DNA from: an uncultured Alphaproteobacteria bacterium
GTDB taxonomy: Bacteria > Pseudomonadota > Alphaproteobacteria > SMXQ01
Reading direction: 5' to 3'
Assembly (NCBI GenBank): GCA_963752345.1
Contig: CAVVYA010000014.1
Location: forward strand, 102,310-166,309
DNA: 64,000 nt
In this document: in pieces, positions 59,573 through 64,000 of the stretch
Layout: every line of letters starts with the position of its first letter
Numbering within the stretch: the first letter of the stretch is position 1
The notes under the pieces: generated by a model
The model's input: only the letters and a program-made list of their open reading frames with translations
Databases searched by the model: none
What the model was told of the DNA's origin: nothing
Translations under genes and position numbers: made by a program

Positions 59573-60403
59573 GTGACCACCACCCAGACCGATCGGAGCA
59601 AAGTCGCCGCCCAGCGCGAAGCCCTGTACCGTGACGGCATCGTCGCGCTGCCCGGCTGCTTCCCGCCGGAGTGGGCCGACCAGCTCGACCGCGACTTCGA
59701 CGCCGCCTTCGCCGAGGCCAGCCAGCGACCCGATGGGCTGATCGGCCGCGGCCCCAACCGGCACTACTTCGCCGTCCACCCCGAACAGATCACCGGCTTC
59801 GTCGACCTGATCACCCACCCCGCCGTCACCGCGCTGTGCACCGAGACCTCGGGCGCCGACTACCAGTTCGTCGAACTCGGCTTCGACGTCCCGTTCCCTG
59901 GCGCCACCACCCAGCCGTGGCACCGCGACTTTCCCACCCCACCCGAGACCGCGCAGCACGGGCAGCTGACCTCGCTGGCGTTCAACCTGACCACCGTCGA
60001 CGTCACCCCTGACCTCGCCCCCTTCGAGATCGCCCCCGGCACCCAATTCGACGACGGCACCGCCTTCGACCACGGCATGTTCCCGACCGCCGCCGTCTAT
60101 CCCCGCTACGACGGCCTCGCCAGCCGCCGCCTCCCGAAGCGGGGAGACGTCTCCGCCCGCTCCGCCCTCACCCTGCACCGCGGCACCGCCCACCACGGCG
60201 ACCGACGCAGACCCGTGCTGATCCTCGGCGCCGTCACCGGCGACACCGACCCCGCCGACACCGACATCCACGACCTGTTCGTCACCGAGCCATTCCACAC
60301 CCGGCTACCCGATAACGTCCGAGCGCACCTACGCTGCACCGTCGTCGACGAGCTGACCCCCATCACCCAACGCCACGACATCGAAGGCCTCGTGATGGGC
60401 TGA
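59573..60403 (+). CDS. Phytanoyl-CoA dioxygenase (PhyH) family protein.
   Basis: Intact 276 aa ORF: WHRDF (HxD), later HRGTAHHGDRRR. Codon usage is actinomycete-like. Confidence 0.6.
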   Translation: MTTTQTDRSKVAAQREALYRDGIVALPGCFPPEWADQLDRDFDAAFAEASQRPDGLIGRGPNRHYFAVHPEQITGFVDLITHPAVTALCTETSGADYQFVELGFDVPFPGATTQPWHRDFPTPPETAQHGQLTSLAFNLTTVDVTPDLAPFEIAPGTQFDDGTAFDHGMFPTAAVYPRYDGLASRRLPKRGDVSARSALTLHRGTAHHGDRRRPVLILGAVTGDTDPADTDIHDLFVTEPFHTRLPDNVRAHLRCTVVDELTPITQRHDIEGLVMG

Positions 60404-61843
60404 CCCCCGGTGAGGAGCTCGATGCGTTTGCCAAGCCGGTGGTCGGCAGGGGTGTTGCTGATTAGGCACCGTGATCGTCACGCTTGCAGCATGCGGCGAA
60501 CCATTGCAGACGTGGCTGGACGACGCACATTGGCCCGAAGCAAGCACCTACGCGTCCGCTGTCGGGCTTGATGTGCCTGCGGGTATGGACCCGTCCTGGT
60601 GAGGGCTCGGGGAGCGCGAGTGTGTTGGCCAACGACGGCCTCCCGCTGACGAGTGCCCAGGTGGTCGGGAGCACCGGACAGGCCGAGGCCGCGTTCAGCG
60701 ACGGCACCGATCAGGACGCCGACGTGATCGGATGAAGTCGCTGTCCCGGCAGCATGCCAAGGGGTGCAGACCCCGCGAGTTGACGGCCTGCTTCGATGGC
60801 AAGTAGAGAGTGAGAATGGAATGATTTGGGGGTCAGACAAAATATTTATTCCCACGTGTTTTGTCCAATGTGAAGAAATGCAGAAGAAATAAATTTGTTC
60901 CTAAGATACTGATTTACAAGATCCTCCACATAGCAGTTGTTTTAGTTAGGGCAGTCAAATGAAAAGTTCAAAAAACTTAAAATCATTCCATCTCAGGCAA
61001 CCTTCCCCTACCATCTAGAAACGAAACTGATACGAATAGCTTATAATTATAGCGTTTGTTAAATACGTTTTGAAGGTGTCTAATGATAACGTCTCCATAT
61101 CCAATACAAACGACATTATGGTGCGTGGAATTGGCTGTTGACATCTAACTTGATTAGCATACCTTACAGAATTATCTGAATTACGCGATTCTTTAAACTG
61201 TAATTAGGTCAGATCATGGCTTATTTAGGGGTGGTTTTACGGGCTCAAACCTCCAAATAAATTGCCGAAAATTGTGCACAATATGCTTTTATTTGCGAAA
61301 TACAGAAAACTTAACTTTTGTGACCATGTTCACTGGAACCCCGAAATTGTTTCCTGGTTAAGCTTCTGCGTAAGATTCTACAAAAATGACTAGCATCGCT
61401 CTTCTTAGCCTATTTATCCAGGCTTGGGACTCGCACATCGACGGACTGGCATTACCCGTAAGCTACAACAGCGGAAGTTAAACTCCGATTGCATTCCAAA
61501 AGTTTAACGACATCATTAGACATAAGAGGCAGTTGATATCGATGGGACGAATAGTTTCCATTTTCACCATTGGTTTAATTAAACTTTTAAACTGCGCTGT
61601 ATTCAAACAGTTTAACGACAGCTATGGGGGGGGCCCGGTGGCGCGTTGGATAACAGCTGGCGTAGAGAGCGAGAGGTACCGAGTTCGAGCCCCGTAGGGC
61701 GGATATGCTTTGTAGGCTGCTATTAGCGCCGTGTATTGCAGGCTGTCTGTTCTGTTAGTAGTTAACTAGTTAAGATTGTTTCAATTGCATAACATGTAAA
61801 TGTACAGCGCAGTGCGTTTGTCAGGCGCTTAATTAAAGAAAAG

Positions 61844-61924
<81 letters not shown>

Positions 61925-62119
61925 GGGCACCAAGAGCCACTGACATCTATAAAAACATTTTGTACAGAGCTCACTGGACTACTGGTAATGAATGATTGGC
62001 TGGATTCTAACAGTTAAAAAACACCAAGAGGTATAAAAGGCCGTTGACTTCAGTATAAAACCTCTTTGTAAGCCTATACTTAGTGTACTCACTGCTAAGA
62101 CAATTGTTGTTTAGCTGCT

Positions 62120-62215
62120 GTTTAACGACACTTTCTCATAATTAATATGATTAGTGTCGTCATTCTCCTTTCACCAGGCTTGGGACTGGCTCTACCACAG
62201 TAAGGGTAGCGGCGG
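62120..62215 (+). repeat. Dispersed repeat unit (copy 1), which forms an inverted pair with 63035..63130.
   Basis: GTTTAACGACAC...ATGATTAGTGTCG...CCTTTCACCAGGCTTGGGACTGGC...CCACAGTAAGGGTAGCGGCGG. Confidence 0.6.
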
Positions 62216-62554
62216 ACCTTTAAGGGAACAACGATCAGATTTTTGATCAGCATGCAGTAACAATTGAACGCAATTGATGCCTATATATAAAGCCTGGTGA
62301 CCTAATTTTAAAGGTGTCTAAAGACAGCATCATATAATCCAATGATTACGACATCTTTTGACTGCAATGGAAAACTAGAGGACCTGGATTAATGAAGACA
62401 GGTTAAAGGTCAAGTGATTGGGTAAACCGATCGCCTCTTCATCTCTTCCCTATCTACATGAACCCACTGCTACATCGACCCACCCACTCTCGTCTCCTGT
62501 TAACGCTTTATATAGCGCCTGCAGAAGTGCTGCTAACATGGGTATGACACTTAC

Positions 62555-62727
62555 CTCTGAGCTGCAATAGACTTCAGCATATTCCACTTGTTCTTGAGGG
62601 CGTCCAACATGTTGGTGAGTAAGGTCCTCTCAGAGTCATCCGAGTGACACTGCTCCCGTAGACTGTAGCCGAGTCTCATCGTCGAATGATAGACTGGATG
62701 CTTGCCCGCCATCTGCATCTGGAATTT
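62555..62727 (-). other. Putative eukaryotic coding exon (phase 0 start, spectrin-repeat-like) with an AG acceptor and a GTAAGT donor.
   Basis: Minus-strand ORF KFQMQMAGKHPVYHSTMRLGYSLREQCHSDDSERTLLTNMLDALKNKWNMLKSIAAQR, flanked by ttttatgccttgtAG| and |GTAAGTg. Confidence 0.5.
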
Positions 62728-63034
62728 CTACAAGGCATAAAATCCCCAAATATGCATACGAATGTTTCTAGACGTTCATATAGCGCTAATATTAACGTAA
62801 CAAAAATTTGATAATGGTTTATGCGATGCTGCCTTTGGACACCTTTTAAACGCTCTCAACAGACACTATATGCTCAAAACTCGGCCATTGCACTCTGTAT
62901 ATCTTTCGTCAACTGAGCTGCATTATGCCATAGCAACGGTGAGAACTGTTCAGAATAATAATTCTGTCGAAGTCAACGGTCTTTGTGGCCACAAGATAAT
63001 AATAGTAATTAAACTCAGGATCCACCCTTGCGCT

Positions 63035-63130
63035 CCGCCACTGCTCGTACTCTGGCAGTGCCAGTCCCAAGCCTGGAGAAAGGAGGAGGGCGACGCTAAT
63101 CATCTTTGTTATGACACAGTGTCGTTAAAC
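63035..63130 (-). repeat. Dispersed repeat unit (copy 2, inverted), about 80% identical to copy 1.
   Basis: Its reverse complement reads GTTTAACGACACTGTGTCATAACAAAGATGATTAGCGTCGCCCTCCTCCTTTCTCCAGGCTTGGGACTGGCACTGCCAGAGTACGAGCAGTGGCGG. Confidence 0.6.
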
Positions 63131-63695
63131 ATCAACTAACCAAACTATAGGCCTATATAAGGCCTATGTGCTTTTGTGCTTTAGTAAACGATTATTATTA
63201 TTTCCACGGTTTAATAGCCACAGGATGTAATCGCTTATCAAACACCAACCTCAGTGTTCCAGCCTGTTCATCCAAATAGCCTGACTGTTACTAATATTAT
63301 GGTCATGGTCTCTCCCTCTCTCCCTGGGTGCGATTTGACCGGGGCAAATACATCACACTCGGCCCCTGTGAGGCTGTGACTAGGGGATGGTCTTGTAGCC
63401 ATTCTCTCTACAATAACTTTATCCTTTACGAGTTTAGTTTGAACACAGCTCTTACATAGCTAAAGAGCAATAATCTAAATTTAAAAAAATAAATAAGTCA
63501 ATTGGTTAGTCAATTAGTCAGTCACAGAGCCAGTCAATAAGCTAGCCAACCAGCCAACCTGGCAATCAACCAGCCAGGCAACCACCCCCTTCGTCCGACC
63601 ATCCATCCTTCACTCACTCACACGGTCGGTCGGTCAGCCAGGCTGACCCAGCCAGCAAGTTCCAGAACTTGGATAATGTATGAGTGGAGACTTAC

Positions 63696-63809
63696 TCGAA
63701 GTTCATCGACATCCTGTTTAGCCTTGACGGTTCCAGCTGAGATGTACTTCTTAAGGTTTCGTTCTCCATTGTCCAACCACGCCAGAAGTGTTGTCCACGA
63801 ATCGTGAAA
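63696..63809 (-). other. Putative upstream eukaryotic exon (38 codons), in frame with the exon at 62555..62727.
   Basis: FHDSWTTLLAWLDNGERNLKKYISAGTVKAKQDVDELR, flanked by tgtgttctttgtctAG| and |GTAAGTctcc. W..L..WL is a spectrin-repeat signature. Confidence 0.5.
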
Positions 63810-64000
63810 CTAGACAAAGAACACAACTTTAATTGAACTGTGTGGTAGGCTGGTCTATTAGGTAGGTAGCTTGGTTTGTAATCGAACGATTGGGGTTTGA
63901 GTCTGCTGAGTGGGACGCTTAGTACTTAAAGTGCAAAGACCATAAGTGCAATGATAAAATTAATACAAATATGAATAAAAATATCAACAGGAGAACATAA

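Overview
This 64 kb window is a chimera of three unrelated DNA sources. (1) Positions 1 to about 57290 (about 65% GC) are the origin-proximal chromosome region of an alphaproteobacterium (Rhodospirillales/Rhizobiales-like gene order). The genes, in order, are: DUF299 regulator; putative oriC; hemE-hemH-hemJ; rho; an alpha/beta hydrolase; a solute-binding protein; qor; dienelactone hydrolase; ogt; yyaL; mnmE-mnmG-rsmG-parA-parB with three parS sites; holA-lptE-leuS; two divergent TPR/GT41 glycosyltransferase paralogs; a lipoprotein; two tandem near-identical porin genes; a cupin-4 oxygenase; thiE-like; yggS; an L,D-transpeptidase; ribA; an OmpR-family response regulator; xth; an FAH-family protein; lolA; ftsK; a mazEF module; an aminotransferase; an HTH/PIN toxin-antitoxin module; two tandem glnK-amtB pairs; ubiH; an MBL hydrolase; a His-rich DUF971 protein; trm112-like; a LonN-domain protein; thioredoxin ybbN; tRNA-Gly. 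(2) About 57291 to 60790 is an abruptly joined actinobacterium-like block: truncated PPK2, a truncated sugar ABC permease, a GH43 hydrolase and a PhyH dioxygenase. (3) About 60790 to 64000 is AT-rich eukaryote-like DNA carrying an (ATT)27 microsatellite, MITE-like inverted repeats and two spliceable spectrin-repeat exons. The bacterial part carries roughly one single-nucleotide indel per 1-2 kb, breaking essential genes (rho, hemE, mnmE, ftsK). This points to assembly or consensus error rather than real pseudogenes. No CRISPR arrays, integrases or transposases were seen. The most interesting items are the likely replication origin next to hemE, the parS triad (one copy inside the rsmG reading frame), the duplicated porin, TPR-GT41 and glnK-amtB loci, a small toxin-antitoxin island, a His-rich DUF971 protein lacking its zinc-binding cysteines, and the chimeric joins themselves.
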